DNA of 64,000 nt, taken from positions 35,200 to 99,199 of the forward strand of contig JBBQUV010000001.1 of the NCBI GenBank assembly GCA_038212075.1, in the 5' to 3' direction. Below the pieces are notes generated by a model. That model was not told the origin of the DNA. It searched no databases and saw nothing but the letters and a program-made list of their open reading frames with translations. Below, piece by piece: positions 17,504-28,095 of the stretch; positions within the stretch are counted from its first letter, which is position 1; every line of letters begins with the position of its first letter. Made by a program: the position numbers and the translations under genes. The DNA comes from Minisyncoccia bacterium. GTDB lineage: Bacteria > Patescibacteriota > Minisyncoccia > Phycocordibacterales > Phycocordibacteraceae.

Positions 17504-19122
17504 CCTTTTGATTCCTTTTGTTTTCTTGGTGCACGTTTCTTTTCTTTCGGACTTTTAACGATAGCGTTTCCGGTAATGACGCCAATGTCTGCAGGATCAA
17601 GACGCATGCGTATATGCCGTCGCGCGAGCGATGTTTTTGCGTAATCAAGCCATTTTTTTGTTGGGTGTGCAGAATCGCGCGTCATAATATCTACCTGGTC
17701 ACCATTCCTAAGTTTGGTATCAAGCGAAACCAATTTCCCATTCACTTTTGCACCGTTCATGTGGTCGCCAAGATCGCTGTGAATGGCATAGGCAAAATCT
17801 ACGGGTGTGGATTCATAAGGAAGGTCAATGGCGTCTCCTCGGGGAGTAAATACAAACACGCGATGGGAAAAGAAATCTTCTTTGAGTCCATCCACAAATT
17901 CTTTTGAACCTGCCTGTTGGGCGTGTGCGTCGGCAAGCTCCGTAATCCACTGGGGAATGTCGTGCGCTTCTTTTGGTACCGGCGCGGCAGTAGCTACTGC
18001 CGGTTTTTTGGAAAAGTTAAGCAGTGACGGAACAAGGTCGCGCATCCATGAAAGTGACAAGCGTCCATAGGCGCTTTTTGGCGCTTCCTTTCCAAGGGTT
18101 TTGTATGACATGTGGGAGGCAATACCAAATTGCGCCCGGCGATGCATTTCTTCAGTGCGCACCTGCATTTCTACAATACCCGCTTCTGGTGTAAGCAGGG
18201 TGGTGTGGAGTGAGCGATACCCGTTTGGTTTAGGAAACGCAACGTAGTCTTTAAATTCACCCGGCATTGGCTTCCAGAGTGAATGAATGACGCCAAGAGT
18301 GCTGTAGCAGTCTTCTATTGTTGGAACAATAACGCGCAGTGCCGCAATGTCGTGGATTTTCGTAATGTCATCGTGTTTGCGTTTCAGTTTTTGGTGCAAA
18401 CTCCAAAGACCTTTTGTGCGAATCTCGGTACGAAATGCGGTAATGCCACGCTTTGCGAGTTCTTTTTGGAGTGTCTTCTGAATTTTAACAAGGCCTTCTT
18501 CCGTTTCTTTCTTTGCAAGTTTTTGCACTTCAATGGTGTGCGCATAGGCATCAGGGTCAACATGGGGGAAGGCGAGGTCTTCAAGGGTTTTCTTAATGCG
18601 CCCCATACCTAAACGATCGGCAATGGGTGCGTAAATTTCCAAGGTTTCAATAGCAATACGTTTTCGTTTTAGTTCTGGAACGTGCTCAAGCGTTTCCATA
18701 TTATGAAAGCGGTCAATGAGTTTAATGATGAGCACACGGATGTCGGCAGACGTAGCAACGAGTAGTCGGCGGAGTGATTCTGCGTGGCGCTCCGCGCCAC
18801 GATATTTGTGTTTACCAAGCTTAGTAACACCCTCAACGAGAAACAGTACGTCCTTACCAAAATCTTTTTCTACCTGTTCAGGTGTTGCCATACCGTCTTC
18901 AATGGCGTCGTGGAGAAGCCCTGCCGCAACGGTATGTGAATCCATGCCAAGAATTGCAAGGTGTTTTGCAACGGCGGATGGATGAATAAAATACGGTTCG
19001 CCGGAAAATCGTTTGTGGTCTTTGTGCGCCGTTTCAGCAAAGATATATGCCTTTTCTACGAGCGCAATATCTTCAGGAGTTGCGCCGTGCAGTTCCGTCA
19101 CGATTTCCTTGACGGTGGTCAT
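17500..19122 (-). CDS. bifunctional (p)ppGpp synthetase/hydrolase RelA/SpoT family
   Basis: HD hydrolase region (HDAIEDG), synthetase region, TGS/ACT-like C-terminus. The ORF-track N-terminal 61 aa looks like a spurious extension; the start is taken at MTTVKEIV. Confidence 0.8.
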   Translation of the reverse strand: MTTVKEIVTELHGATPEDIALVEKAYIFAETAHKDHKRFSGEPYFIHPSAVAKHLAILGMDSHTVAAGLLHDAIEDGMATPEQVEKDFGKDVLFLVEGVTKLGKHKYRGAERHAESLRRLLVATSADIRVLIIKLIDRFHNMETLEHVPELKRKRIAIETLEIYAPIADRLGMGRIKKTLEDLAFPHVDPDAYAHTIEVQKLAKKETEEGLVKIQKTLQKELAKRGITAFRTEIRTKGLWSLHQKLKRKHDDITKIHDIAALRVIVPTIEDCYSTLGVIHSLWKPMPGEFKDYVAFPKPNGYRSLHTTLLTPEAGIVEMQVRTEEMHRRAQFGIASHMSYKTLGKEAPKSAYGRLSLSWMRDLVPSLLNFSKKPAVATAAPVPKEAHDIPQWITELADAHAQQAGSKEFVDGLKEDFFSHRVFVFTPRGDAIDLPYESTPVDFAYAIHSDLGDHMNGAKVNGKLVSLDTKLRNGDQVDIMTRDSAHPTKKWLDYAKTSLARRHIRMRLDPADIGVITGNAIVKSPKEKKRAPRKQKESKG

Positions 19123-19355
19123 GGTATATAGGATACTCGTATTCCGTAGGAGCTGCAAACAAAGAGGACACAATGCGCGTATGCACGTACTGCGGGTACA
19201 CGGTGGACAGACCTTGTTCCGCCGCGGAAGACCCGCAAACTGCCAAAGAAAGCTGTGTCGAAAGACGCAGAGTGAAAAAAGTTCCCGAACCTGAAAGGGT
19301 TCCAAAAAAACGCCGCAAAGCGGCGAGAGCGACGACCCGAAAACGGCGTCGCTTT

Positions 19356-21737
19356 TTATTTTAGATATTCACTTGCTTCATCCGGCGTCAGCGTATCTGG
19401 CTTTACTGACTCAGGAAGATAGATACGGCGAAGGCCTTTTTTCAAAAAGTACCCTTGTTTGGACTTAAGAAGCACGAGCGATTTGCCAGTCTTTGGGTGT
19501 TTACCGATTTCGCGAACGATTTCCACACCACGGGGTGGTTTCTTCGGTTCTTTAAAAATCGCGATGGCGCGTTCAAGCGTAACGGTGTACGGATCGTCAG
19601 GAACTTTAAGTGAACGAAATTCACCATCATGCACGACAAACGGACCAAAACGTCCGATGCCTGCTGAAATTGGCTTCTCCGTTTCTGGATGGGTTCCAAG
19701 CACGCGGGGAAGGGAAAGATATTTAACCGCGTCAGCAAGGGTGACCGACCCCAAGTCTGTTTTTGGAGGAATACCAGCACGTTTCGCCGCAATTTTTACT
19801 TTTTTCTTTCGTCCCTTACTTTTTTTCTTCGGTACTTCTTCAGCTACCTCTTCTTTTTTCGGAAGTTCAAGGGGCATTTCAACGTACGGACCAAATCGTC
19901 CGGTACGAATGTAAATGGGCATATGTGTTTCTGGATGGATACCAATTGGCTCGTCTGGCTTTAGTTCCTCACCTTTTTCCGTACGTGCACCCATACAGTC
20001 TGGGTATCGCTTACAGCTCATAAATACGCCACCACGGCCGAGCTTCATCTCCATTGGGCTGGTGCATAGCGGACAGTCAAATTCTTTCGGCGCATCGCCC
20101 AGTGAGGTTGCTTTCGGTAGTTTTTCTTTTGACGCCACTACCTTTGCGAATGGTGTATAAAAATCCGCGAGTGTTTTTTCATATTCACGTTCTCCACGCG
20201 CAATTTCGTCGAGTTCATCCTCCATTTCTGCCGTGAACGTGTCGCTGATGTAATCGGCAAAATGCTCTTCAAGCCAGCCAGACACGACCATGCCCGTTGC
20301 TGTCGGCATAAGTGTGCGGCCTTCTTTAATCGCGTACTCGCGATCCTGAATGGTTTTCATAATGCTTGCATAGGTAGACGGGCGACCGATACCTCGCTTT
20401 TCTAGTTCCTTCACCAGTCCTGCTTCTGTGTAGCGATTTGGCGGCTCGGTTTGTTTTTCCGTACCTTCCAAAGATATAAGAGAAAGAGATTCATCTTTAG
20501 TGAGTTTGGGTAGCTCGGTGTCTTCGCCGCGCGCGCGGGTATCACAGGCAAGCCAGCCGGGAAAAGTGATACGAGAACCAGATGCGGTGAAAAGGGGAAT
20601 CGTGTCGCCACCGGTTACCTTTACGCTCGTGCGCAGTGCTTGGGCACTTTTCATTTGTGAAGCGAGTGCACGTACACGAATAAGTTCATACAGATTTTGT
20701 TCGTCCACCGTTGCGCCCGCACGTTGCTTCCCTGGGTTTGTGGGACGCACTGCCTCGTGCGCTTCCTGTGCATTTTTGCTTTTTGTTTTGTATTCGCGTG
20801 TTTCCAAATAGTCTTTTCCAAACTCTGTTTCAACCACTCCTGCAATAACCGCAATCGCTTCTTTGGCGAGGTTCACGGAGTCGGTGCGCATGTAGGTAAT
20901 GTGCCCAGCTTCATAGAGTTTTTGTGCGGCACGCATAGTGCGGCTTGGAGAAAAGGCTAGACGGGTTGACGCAACTTGTTGCAGAGTAGACGTAGTGAAC
21001 GGTGGACGCGGAGCACGTGCTTCGTCGCGTTCTGTCACGTCGGCAACTTTCCACGTTGCTTTTTTCCCGGCTTCGACAATGCGTTCAGCCTCTTCTTTTG
21101 TTTTTGGTTCTTCCACGCACGTGGTGGCGAATTCGCCGCCCTTTGCTTTAAATAGCGCACCAATGACAAAAAAGGTTTCCGGAATGAATGCTTTAATTTC
21201 GCGTTCGCGTTCGGCAAGAATACGAAGTGCTGGTGACTGCACTCGGCCAGCAGAAAGGCCGTAGCGCACTTTTTTCCAAATAAGTCCCGATAGGTCATAG
21301 CCCACAATGCGGTCAAGTACGCGCCGCGCTTCTTGCGCGCGGCGCAAATGCTCGTCAATCGTGCGTGGGTGAGCAAGCGCCTCTTCAATCGCCGTCTTGG
21401 TGATTTCATGGAAAACCACACGGTGGGGCTTCTTCAAACCGACCGCCTCCTTTATATGCCACGCAATAGCTTCACCTTCGCGGTCGGGGTCAGTGGCAAG
21501 GAAGACTTCTTTTGCTTTGTCGGCCGCTTTCTTGATACGTTCAATAACCTCACGTTTTTCCGCGGGTACGATGTATTTCGGCTTAAAACCGTTTTCAATA
21601 TCAATAGCGTTTTTGTCGCTTTTTGGTAGGTCGCGTACGTGCCCCACAGAAGCAAGAACCTCGTATTCTTTTCCGAGATATCCACCGATGGTGCGCGCCT
21701 TTGCGGGCGACTCCACTATTAATAGTTTGTTGGCCAC
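19356..21737 (-). CDS. topA: DNA topoisomerase I
   Basis: Toprim domain start MANKLLIVESPAKA, a catalytic Tyr region, C-terminal zinc ribbons and a Lys-rich tail. Confidence 0.9.
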   Translation of the reverse strand: MANKLLIVESPAKARTIGGYLGKEYEVLASVGHVRDLPKSDKNAIDIENGFKPKYIVPAEKREVIERIKKAADKAKEVFLATDPDREGEAIAWHIKEAVGLKKPHRVVFHEITKTAIEEALAHPRTIDEHLRRAQEARRVLDRIVGYDLSGLIWKKVRYGLSAGRVQSPALRILAEREREIKAFIPETFFVIGALFKAKGGEFATTCVEEPKTKEEAERIVEAGKKATWKVADVTERDEARAPRPPFTTSTLQQVASTRLAFSPSRTMRAAQKLYEAGHITYMRTDSVNLAKEAIAVIAGVVETEFGKDYLETREYKTKSKNAQEAHEAVRPTNPGKQRAGATVDEQNLYELIRVRALASQMKSAQALRTSVKVTGGDTIPLFTASGSRITFPGWLACDTRARGEDTELPKLTKDESLSLISLEGTEKQTEPPNRYTEAGLVKELEKRGIGRPSTYASIMKTIQDREYAIKEGRTLMPTATGMVVSGWLEEHFADYISDTFTAEMEDELDEIARGEREYEKTLADFYTPFAKVVASKEKLPKATSLGDAPKEFDCPLCTSPMEMKLGRGGVFMSCKRYPDCMGARTEKGEELKPDEPIGIHPETHMPIYIRTGRFGPYVEMPLELPKKEEVAEEVPKKKSKGRKKKVKIAAKRAGIPPKTDLGSVTLADAVKYLSLPRVLGTHPETEKPISAGIGRFGPFVVHDGEFRSLKVPDDPYTVTLERAIAIFKEPKKPPRGVEIVREIGKHPKTGKSLVLLKSKQGYFLKKGLRRIYLPESVKPDTLTPDEASEYLK

Positions 21738-21827
21738 AGACTATGCATACCGCGCGACACTATATATCGTCAAGCGATTCGCTCTGTATGAAATAAGAAA
21801 CGAGCGCCGGAATATTCTTCCAAGCGC

Positions 21828-22169
21828 TCAGTTTTGATGCGATTTTTGCATCTTTTTGTTTACGATTTCAATAACGGCAATCCGTGAATCTATTTTGGCA
21901 ACTTCCGCTTTAGAAAACCGTTTTTCGAGTTGCGTTCGAAACAGTTTTTCTACGGCTTCTGTTGCCTCCACAAATTGCGCGTTTGAAAGCTTTGGTGCGG
22001 TGAGTCGTTGCGCTCGAAAATCAAGCCACCTACGTACCCACCAAGAAAGTCGTGGCCGCAAGACCTCCTTGTAGTGCTCCGTCTTCGTTTTCGCTTGGAT
22101 GAACTTTTCTGCACCCTCAACCCCGAAAAAACCTTCGAGGCGGGTGCGTGCCGGATGCTTATCCTGCAT
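21828..22169 (-). CDS. hypothetical protein
   Basis: 113-aa ORF with good coding potential between topA and the EEP gene; no motif recognised. Confidence 0.4.
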   Translation of the reverse strand: MQDKHPARTRLEGFFGVEGAEKFIQAKTKTEHYKEVLRPRLSWWVRRWLDFRAQRLTAPKLSNAQFVEATEAVEKLFRTQLEKRFSKAEVAKIDSRIAVIEIVNKKMQKSHQN

Positions 22170-22240
22170 ACACTTCTCCTCTCGTCGGTTCGGGGTTTCG
22201 TAGAGTTAACGCGAATGAGAGCGTTTCGTCAAACGCGCTA

Positions 22241-23032
22241 TTACTGTACTTCAACAAAAATGGGGCGGTGATCGGATCCTACAGGATCTGAAAGCACTTC
22301 AGCGCGCACTGTTTTTAAATGTTTTGAAACAAGAATGTGGTCAAGCTGAGAACGCGATATGCGATGGGTGATACGTCCACGATGGGCATTGGTAAGTTCT
22401 CTGTTTGCAAAATGTTTTTCAATATTTTTACGCTCACGCTTCACCATAAACATATCGCTTATCCGCCCACCAAGGATCCAGTTGGTCATGCTGGTAACCA
22501 TAGATTCAATAATATTAAAGTCCCCGCACACAATAGTAGGAAGTGTTGGATCAAGGTGTTCCATTGCCATAACAAATTCTTGTTCACGCTGTTTTGGCGA
22601 CATAAGTACTAAGTGCAAATTGAACACACGGGTAATTCCGGACGGTGTTTCAACGTCTGCATAAATGCCGTGCCGGTTGCCTTTCCCCCACGACCAGAAC
22701 GCAAGCGCAACCAGTATGCTCACGGTCATCCTCGTTCTAAGGGGAACGTTTGGTTCCCAGTAGGGAAGCGGAATCATTCCTGTGTGGCGAATAGGAAATT
22801 TTGAAATGATAACCACGTAGTGGCTCACGCGTTTACCTTTTACGATACGATCTACTTCCGGCATATAAAAAAGCTGATAGGGAAGTGTTTTAAGTCGAGC
22901 AAGAAACACCTCAGGTACTTCTTGCAGACACCACACATCAAAATCGCTTTCTGAAATAAAATCAAAGGCACGGTCAAGGTGCTGGCTTCTATACCAGATA
23001 TTCCACGAATAAATTTTCATACTCTTCGCCAC
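22241..23032 (-). CDS. endonuclease/exonuclease/phosphatase (EEP) family protein
   Basis: YSWNIW..CLQEV N-terminal motif, GDFN and SDHRP near the C-terminus. Confidence 0.75.
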   Translation of the reverse strand: MAKSMKIYSWNIWYRSQHLDRAFDFISESDFDVWCLQEVPEVFLARLKTLPYQLFYMPEVDRIVKGKRVSHYVVIISKFPIRHTGMIPLPYWEPNVPLRTRMTVSILVALAFWSWGKGNRHGIYADVETPSGITRVFNLHLVLMSPKQREQEFVMAMEHLDPTLPTIVCGDFNIIESMVTSMTNWILGGRISDMFMVKRERKNIEKHFANRELTNAHRGRITHRISRSQLDHILVSKHLKTVRAEVLSDPVGSDHRPIFVEVQ

Positions 23033-23877
23033 GCGCTAAATTCTTCCTTGGCGAGTCCTTTTAGTTCAAGCGCAACAAGTGCCGTGAGCGCATCGCCGGC
23101 AGAAAGCTTGGATGCGCGTATAAGTTCATCTTTTGGCATAGGTTCCGTGAGTAGATCATAGAGTGTTTTCTCTGCGCCGTCCAAATGTATGGAAACTTCT
23201 TTCGCGTCTTTCTGTCTTGGCTCAAGGTGAAGGGCTTCCAAAATATGTTCAGATTCTGTTACGAGCGCCCCACCAAGACGAATGAACAAATGTGGACCAA
23301 ACCCGTGAGCGTCGCTAATACGGTGGGGAATACAAAGCAAATCGCGATTATATTCCGATGCTAGGCGAGCGGTGATAAGGGTGCCAGAGCGGTCGCTCGC
23401 TTCAATAATAAGCACGGCATCTGACATACCAACCATGATCCTATTACGAGAGGGGAAGTCATACGGGTGCGCCAGATAGTCTTCTGGATGTTCCGAAAGA
23501 AGCATTCCGCCAGCGGAAAGAATGTCGTGGGCGAGCCCAAGGTTCGTGCGCGGTGCAATCACCCCATCACTAAGCCCTGAACCCGGAACGGCGATGGTGT
23601 GGAGTCCTGCGGAAAGTGCCGCGCGGTGCGCACACGCGTCTGCACCAAGCGCGAGCCCTGACACAATAGAAACGGGATATCCAGCAAGTCCGGCAATAAG
23701 TTTTTCGCATGCTTCCTTCCCATAACGAGAAAGCGCGCGCGAACCAACCACGACAAGGTGTTTTGTACCATCTGGTGCGGGTGTTCCGCGTGCCCACAAG
23801 TGTGGCGGCGGCTCCGGAATTTCAGACAATCCCCTCGGATGTTCCTTCCTCGCAAGTTGTCGTGTCGCGTTTTCCAT
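23017..23877 (-). CDS. dprA: DNA processing protein DprA (SMF family)
   Basis: Rossmann-like DprA core (VVVGSRALSRYG, GLALGADA, SGTLITA) and a C-terminal winged-helix-like region. Confidence 0.8.
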   Translation of the reverse strand: MENATRQLARKEHPRGLSEIPEPPPHLWARGTPAPDGTKHLVVVGSRALSRYGKEACEKLIAGLAGYPVSIVSGLALGADACAHRAALSAGLHTIAVPGSGLSDGVIAPRTNLGLAHDILSAGGMLLSEHPEDYLAHPYDFPSRNRIMVGMSDAVLIIEASDRSGTLITARLASEYNRDLLCIPHRISDAHGFGPHLFIRLGGALVTESEHILEALHLEPRQKDAKEVSIHLDGAEKTLYDLLTEPMPKDELIRASKLSAGDALTALVALELKGLAKEEFSAWRRV

Positions 23878-23896
23878 ACTATCCTGTCAATTATAT

Positions 23897-25165
23897 ATGT
23901 TAGATATCCATTTCATTCGCGAAAACACCGATTTGGTGAAAGCGGGGGCGGCAAAGAAGCGCATCACCGTAGACATTGACCGCCTTATCGCGGTAGACGA
24001 CGAACGCAAAACACTGCGCCAAGAGCTTGATGAAAAGCGCGCGGAACAAAACCGTGCCTCAGGTGCCATCTCGCTCGCAAAAGACGACGAGCGCGCCAAG
24101 CTTATTGAATCAATGCAACACCTAAAGGCTGGGATGGGAGAAATTGAAGAAAAGTATAAAAAGGTGATGGAAGAATGGCAGAAGCTGATGCTTGAAGTGC
24201 CGAATCTTCCTGACATTTCTGTTCCGGATGGTGAAAGTGATAAAAACAATGTGGAAGTAAAAAAATGGGGGGAGCTTCCCGTGTTTGATTTTGAACCGAA
24301 AGATCACGTGACGCTTATGGAGAAGGCAGGCATGGCCGACTTTGAACGTGGCGCAAAGGTTGCGGGCTTTCGCGGTTATTTCTTGCGCGGTGACGGAGTG
24401 CTTCTTGCAAACGCTGTATGGCAGTTGGCACTGAAACATTTTTCTGCAAAAGGATTGGAACCGCTTATGGTGCCGTCTCTGGTGCGTCGCGAAACTTTTA
24501 TGGGCACCGGCTATTTGCCGCAGGGTGAAGAAGATTTGTACAAAACCCAAGACGGAGAATATCTTGCTGGCACCGCTGAGGTGGCGACTATGGGCTACCA
24601 CATGGACGAAGTGTTGGATATTGAAAAACTGCCAGTACAATTTCTCTCCTTCTCGCCCTGTTTTCGTCGGGAGGCGGGTGCGCACGGCAAAGACGTGCGC
24701 GGACTCATCCGCGTACACGAATTTTTCAAATGGGAGCAGGTGGTTTTGTGTAAAGCCGAGCACGGTGAGTCAGTGAAAATGCACGAATGGCTAAACCGTA
24801 ATACGGAAGAACTTATTGAAATGCTCAACATCCCGTATCACACTGTTGCAAATTGTGGTGGCGATCTTGGACTTGGACAAGTGAAAAAGTATGACATTGA
24901 ACTGTGGGTGCCGATGGAACATACCTATCGCGAAATCAGTTCCGCATCCTATTTCCACGATTTTCAAACCCGTCGTTTGAATATTCGTTATCGCGACACG
25001 GAAGGGAAAATGCAATTTGCGCACTCCCTAAATTCAACCGCAATTCCAACCCCGCGCATTCTGGTGTCTATCGTAGAAAACTATCAACAAAAAGACGGAA
25101 CGATAAAAGTGCCCGAAGCACTCATCCCCTATGTCGGCAAAGAAGTCTTGGGACATTCGTCGTAA
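23897..25165 (+). CDS. serS: seryl-tRNA synthetase
   Basis: N-terminal coiled-coil arm and class II aaRS motifs (FRRE, GxGxGxxR-like). Confidence 0.9.
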   Translation: MLDIHFIRENTDLVKAGAAKKRITVDIDRLIAVDDERKTLRQELDEKRAEQNRASGAISLAKDDERAKLIESMQHLKAGMGEIEEKYKKVMEEWQKLMLEVPNLPDISVPDGESDKNNVEVKKWGELPVFDFEPKDHVTLMEKAGMADFERGAKVAGFRGYFLRGDGVLLANAVWQLALKHFSAKGLEPLMVPSLVRRETFMGTGYLPQGEEDLYKTQDGEYLAGTAEVATMGYHMDEVLDIEKLPVQFLSFSPCFRREAGAHGKDVRGLIRVHEFFKWEQVVLCKAEHGESVKMHEWLNRNTEELIEMLNIPYHTVANCGGDLGLGQVKKYDIELWVPMEHTYREISSASYFHDFQTRRLNIRYRDTEGKMQFAHSLNSTAIPTPRILVSIVENYQQKDGTIKVPEALIPYVGKEVLGHSS

Positions 25166-26054
25166 CCCGGGGCGGGTAGTGCGACTTAACCCCGGTCCTA
25201 TCATTGCGGAACGCGCGCGCGTTGCCGACCGTGGTCCGGGGCTTAAGGTTCGTCGTAAAAAAGCGAAGCGTCGCCTCCTTATATTGTTTTCAGTGCTCTT
25301 GGTTGTGTTGCTTGGTGTAAGTGTGTACGTGCTGTGGCGTCCCGCACTGCGGGTACAGAATATTTCTATTGCAGGGTTTGATGCCTCAACACTTGAACCC
25401 ATTGTGAAGGATACGTTGTCTGGTACCTACGCGTGGATACTCCCGCACGACTCCATTTTCTTTTTCTCCGCTCTTCGTATTCGTGGCGCTGTTATGAATG
25501 CCTACCCTGACATCGCCACGGTCTCCGTGTCGCGCACAGGCTTTGATTCCATAAAAATAGAAACCACCGAACGGGTGAGTGCATTTGATTGGTGTGGGTC
25601 TTCCGCAGATACAGCCATTACCACGTGCTATTCGACCGACGAAGAAGGATTTATTTTTGCGCAATCGCTCGCGGGTATTCCTGACGATGGCGCAAGCACT
25701 ACACCGCACACGCTTCGTGTATATGCGCCGCTCGACTCCGCCGCCGTACTTGATTCTTCCGGCACACCAATTCATTCCTTTGTGCAAAATCCGTCGGTCA
25801 TTCCTGCCGCGCTACGCCTTGAGCGCGCCATAGTGTCGCTTGGCGCGAATGTTTCTTCGCTCCAAATACGAAACGACGAAGCAGATTTCTTTTTGGTAAG
25901 CGGAACACGCATTACCTACGTGCTCGGGCACGAAGAACAGGCGGCACAACTCGCGGCTACGGCATTTCCCCAGATTAATTTGAATGATGGTTCGGTTAAC
26001 TACGTGGATTTACGTTTCGATGGAAAGGTTTATTTTAAGAAAAAAGGAGGGTAA
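25131..26054 (+). CDS. cell division protein FtsQ/DivIB-like (POTRA domain)
   Basis: Basic N-terminus, a single TM helix, and a POTRA-like segment LRVQNISIAG. The 5' end overlaps the serS 3' end, so the true start may be internal. Confidence 0.5.
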   Translation: MSAKKSWDIRRNPGRVVRLNPGPIIAERARVADRGPGLKVRRKKAKRRLLILFSVLLVVLLGVSVYVLWRPALRVQNISIAGFDASTLEPIVKDTLSGTYAWILPHDSIFFFSALRIRGAVMNAYPDIATVSVSRTGFDSIKIETTERVSAFDWCGSSADTAITTCYSTDEEGFIFAQSLAGIPDDGASTTPHTLRVYAPLDSAAVLDSSGTPIHSFVQNPSVIPAALRLERAIVSLGANVSSLQIRNDEADFFLVSGTRITYVLGHEEQAAQLAATAFPQINLNDGSVNYVDLRFDGKVYFKKKGG

Positions 26055-26063
26055 TGTGAATAT

Positions 26064-27053
26064 ATGACCTCGTTTTGGAGCGGCCTCAAGCGGCCATTTT
26101 TTGTCCTCGCGCCTATGGCGGACGTCACCGACCCTGCGTATCGTCGGATTATTGCGCGTATCGCTCCGCCGGACGTCATGTGGACGGAGTTTGTCTCTGC
26201 TGACGGGCTCTACCATACCCGCGAGATGAAAAAGATGAAGGATGAAGAAAATCCACTTGTGCGCGATTTTCAATTTTCAGAAAACGAGCATCCGATTGTG
26301 GCGCAGATTTTTGGTAGCACGCCCGAAACCATTGCGTATGCTTCTGAACTTGCCGCGAAGCTTGGCTTTGATGGTGTAGACATTAATATGGGTTGTCCTG
26401 ATCGTTCTATTGAAAAACAAGGCGCGGGTGCAGGAATGATAAAGACGCCCGCAAAAGCAAAAGAAATAATCCGCGCCGCCCGTGACGGCGCGGCGCGCGG
26501 CAAAGAGGGAGGATTGCCCATTTCTGTAAAAACGCGTATCGGGTACAACACCAACATAATGGAAGAGTGGTTGCCCGCGCTTCTTGAAGAAGAGCTTGCC
26601 GCGCTCACGGTGCACTTGCGCACTCGAAAAGAAATGTCACTGGTGCCTGCGCATTGGGAGCTTATGCCACGCATAGTAGAAATTCGTAACGCCGTTGCGC
26701 CCGATACATTGATTATTGGAAACGGCGATGTGAAAGATTTAGACGAAGCAAAAATAAAAATAGAAGAATCTGGTGCCGATGGCGTGATGCTTGGTCGTGC
26801 AATTTTTGGCAACCCATGGCTTTTCACAGGAAAGAAGCCAGAAGACACGCCGGTGGCAGAACGTCTTACTGCGCTTGTTTCACTTGCAGAAGCATTTGAA
26901 AAACTGCGCCCGCAGAAGTCATTTCATATCTTGAAAAAGCACATAAAGGCATTTGTTACGGGTTTTGACGGTGCCGCAGAATTGCGTGCCAAGCTTATGG
27001 AAACAGAATCGGCTGAAGCCCTTGCGCGCGTGATTGAGGACCATCGGCTATAA
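26064..27053 (+). CDS. tRNA-dihydrouridine synthase
   Basis: FVLAPMADVTD and DINMGCP motifs of the Dus family. Confidence 0.85.
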   Translation: MTSFWSGLKRPFFVLAPMADVTDPAYRRIIARIAPPDVMWTEFVSADGLYHTREMKKMKDEENPLVRDFQFSENEHPIVAQIFGSTPETIAYASELAAKLGFDGVDINMGCPDRSIEKQGAGAGMIKTPAKAKEIIRAARDGAARGKEGGLPISVKTRIGYNTNIMEEWLPALLEEELAALTVHLRTRKEMSLVPAHWELMPRIVEIRNAVAPDTLIIGNGDVKDLDEAKIKIEESGADGVMLGRAIFGNPWLFTGKKPEDTPVAERLTALVSLAEAFEKLRPQKSFHILKKHIKAFVTGFDGAAELRAKLMETESAEALARVIEDHRL

Positions 27054-27060
27054 TCTCTCT

Positions 27061-28095
27061 ATGGCACATCAGTCTCTCTACCGCACGCATCGCCCGCATA
27101 CCTTTAAAGATGTGGCGGGGCAGGAGCACATCACGTCAGCGCTTGCGGAGCAGATTAAGTCCGAAAAGGTGGGGCATGCCTATTTGTTTGCTGGTTCGCG
27201 TGGACTGGGGAAGACCTCGGTGGCGCGTATTTTTGCGAACGAGCTTGGATGCAAAAATAACGATTTATATGAAATAGACGCGGCAAGCAACAACAGCGTA
27301 GATGACATTCGCGCACTCACGGAAAACGTATATACACTCCCGTTTGAGTCGCCATATAAGGTATACATTTTGGACGAAGCACACATGCTTTCAAAGGGCG
27401 CATGGAATGCTTTTTTGAAAACCCTTGAAGAACCGCCAGCGCATGCCATTTTCATTCTTGCCACCACCGAGCTTTCTCGTGTGCCGGAAACTGTGCAGTC
27501 GCGGTGCCAAGTGTTCACTTTTAAAAAACCAACACGCAGTGAACTGGCGAAGGTTGTTTCAAGTGTCGCGAAAAAAGAAGGATATGTGATTGAACCATCT
27601 GCCGCAGACCTTATCGCGCTTCTTGCGGAAGGTTCGTATCGCGATGCGCTTTCGGTTTTGGAGCGGGCGCTTTCTGCTGGAAGCGATAAAAAACTCACAC
27701 GAGCAGAGGCAGAGAAGGCAACAGGAGCGCCAAAGCACGAGCTGGTGCACTCACTCGTGTCCGCGCTCGCCAAAGGCGAGCGCGCCACAGCACTCACTTC
27801 CATCCGCAAGGCCGCAGATGGAAGTGTTGATATGCAACTCTATTTGTCACTGGTGCTCGACAGTATTCGCGCGGTGCTTTTGGTGCGTTACGCGCCAGAG
27901 CTTCGTAAAGAGTTTCAGGAAGAACTTGGAGCAGATGAGTATGGGGAAATAGAAAAGCTCGCAAGCGACAAGGAGTCAAAACTCACCCACGAAACACTCA
28001 AGGCATTTTTGGATGCGGCGACCCGTATCCGCTATGCACCTGTTGCGTCTCTTCCGCTTGAGCTTGCGGTGTTTGAGCTTTTTAAGACTGAATAA
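27061..28095 (+). CDS. dnaX: DNA polymerase III subunit gamma/tau (short form)
   Basis: HRPxxFxDVxGQ, Walker A GSRGLGKTS, and a sensor region; start chosen at MAHQSLYR. Confidence 0.85.
   Translation: MAHQSLYRTHRPHTFKDVAGQEHITSALAEQIKSEKVGHAYLFAGSRGLGKTSVARIFANELGCKNNDLYEIDAASNNSVDDIRALTENVYTLPFESPYKVYILDEAHMLSKGAWNAFLKTLEEPPAHAIFILATTELSRVPETVQSRCQVFTFKKPTRSELAKVVSSVAKKEGYVIEPSAADLIALLAEGSYRDALSVLERALSAGSDKKLTRAEAEKATGAPKHELVHSLVSALAKGERATALTSIRKAADGSVDMQLYLSLVLDSIRAVLLVRYAPELRKEFQEELGADEYGEIEKLASDKESKLTHETLKAFLDAATRIRYAPVASLPLELAVFELFKTE

Noticed and set aside
16480-17520. A parS centromere site (TGTTTCACGTGAAACA-like) near parB
   Set aside because: No match to the consensus was seen by eye in or around parB within the window.
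19123-19305. 61-aa N-terminal extension of the RelA/SpoT ORF
   Set aside because: The extension is Cys/Arg-rich and unlike RelA N-termini; the conserved HD-domain N-terminus begins at MTTVKEIV.
19173-19364. 63-aa highly basic plus-strand ORF between rel and topA
   Set aside because: No recognisable family; it overlaps the topA 3' end in antisense; extremely Arg/Lys-rich composition is common in spurious GC-rich frames. It is left uncalled, though a small nucleic-acid-binding protein cannot be excluded.
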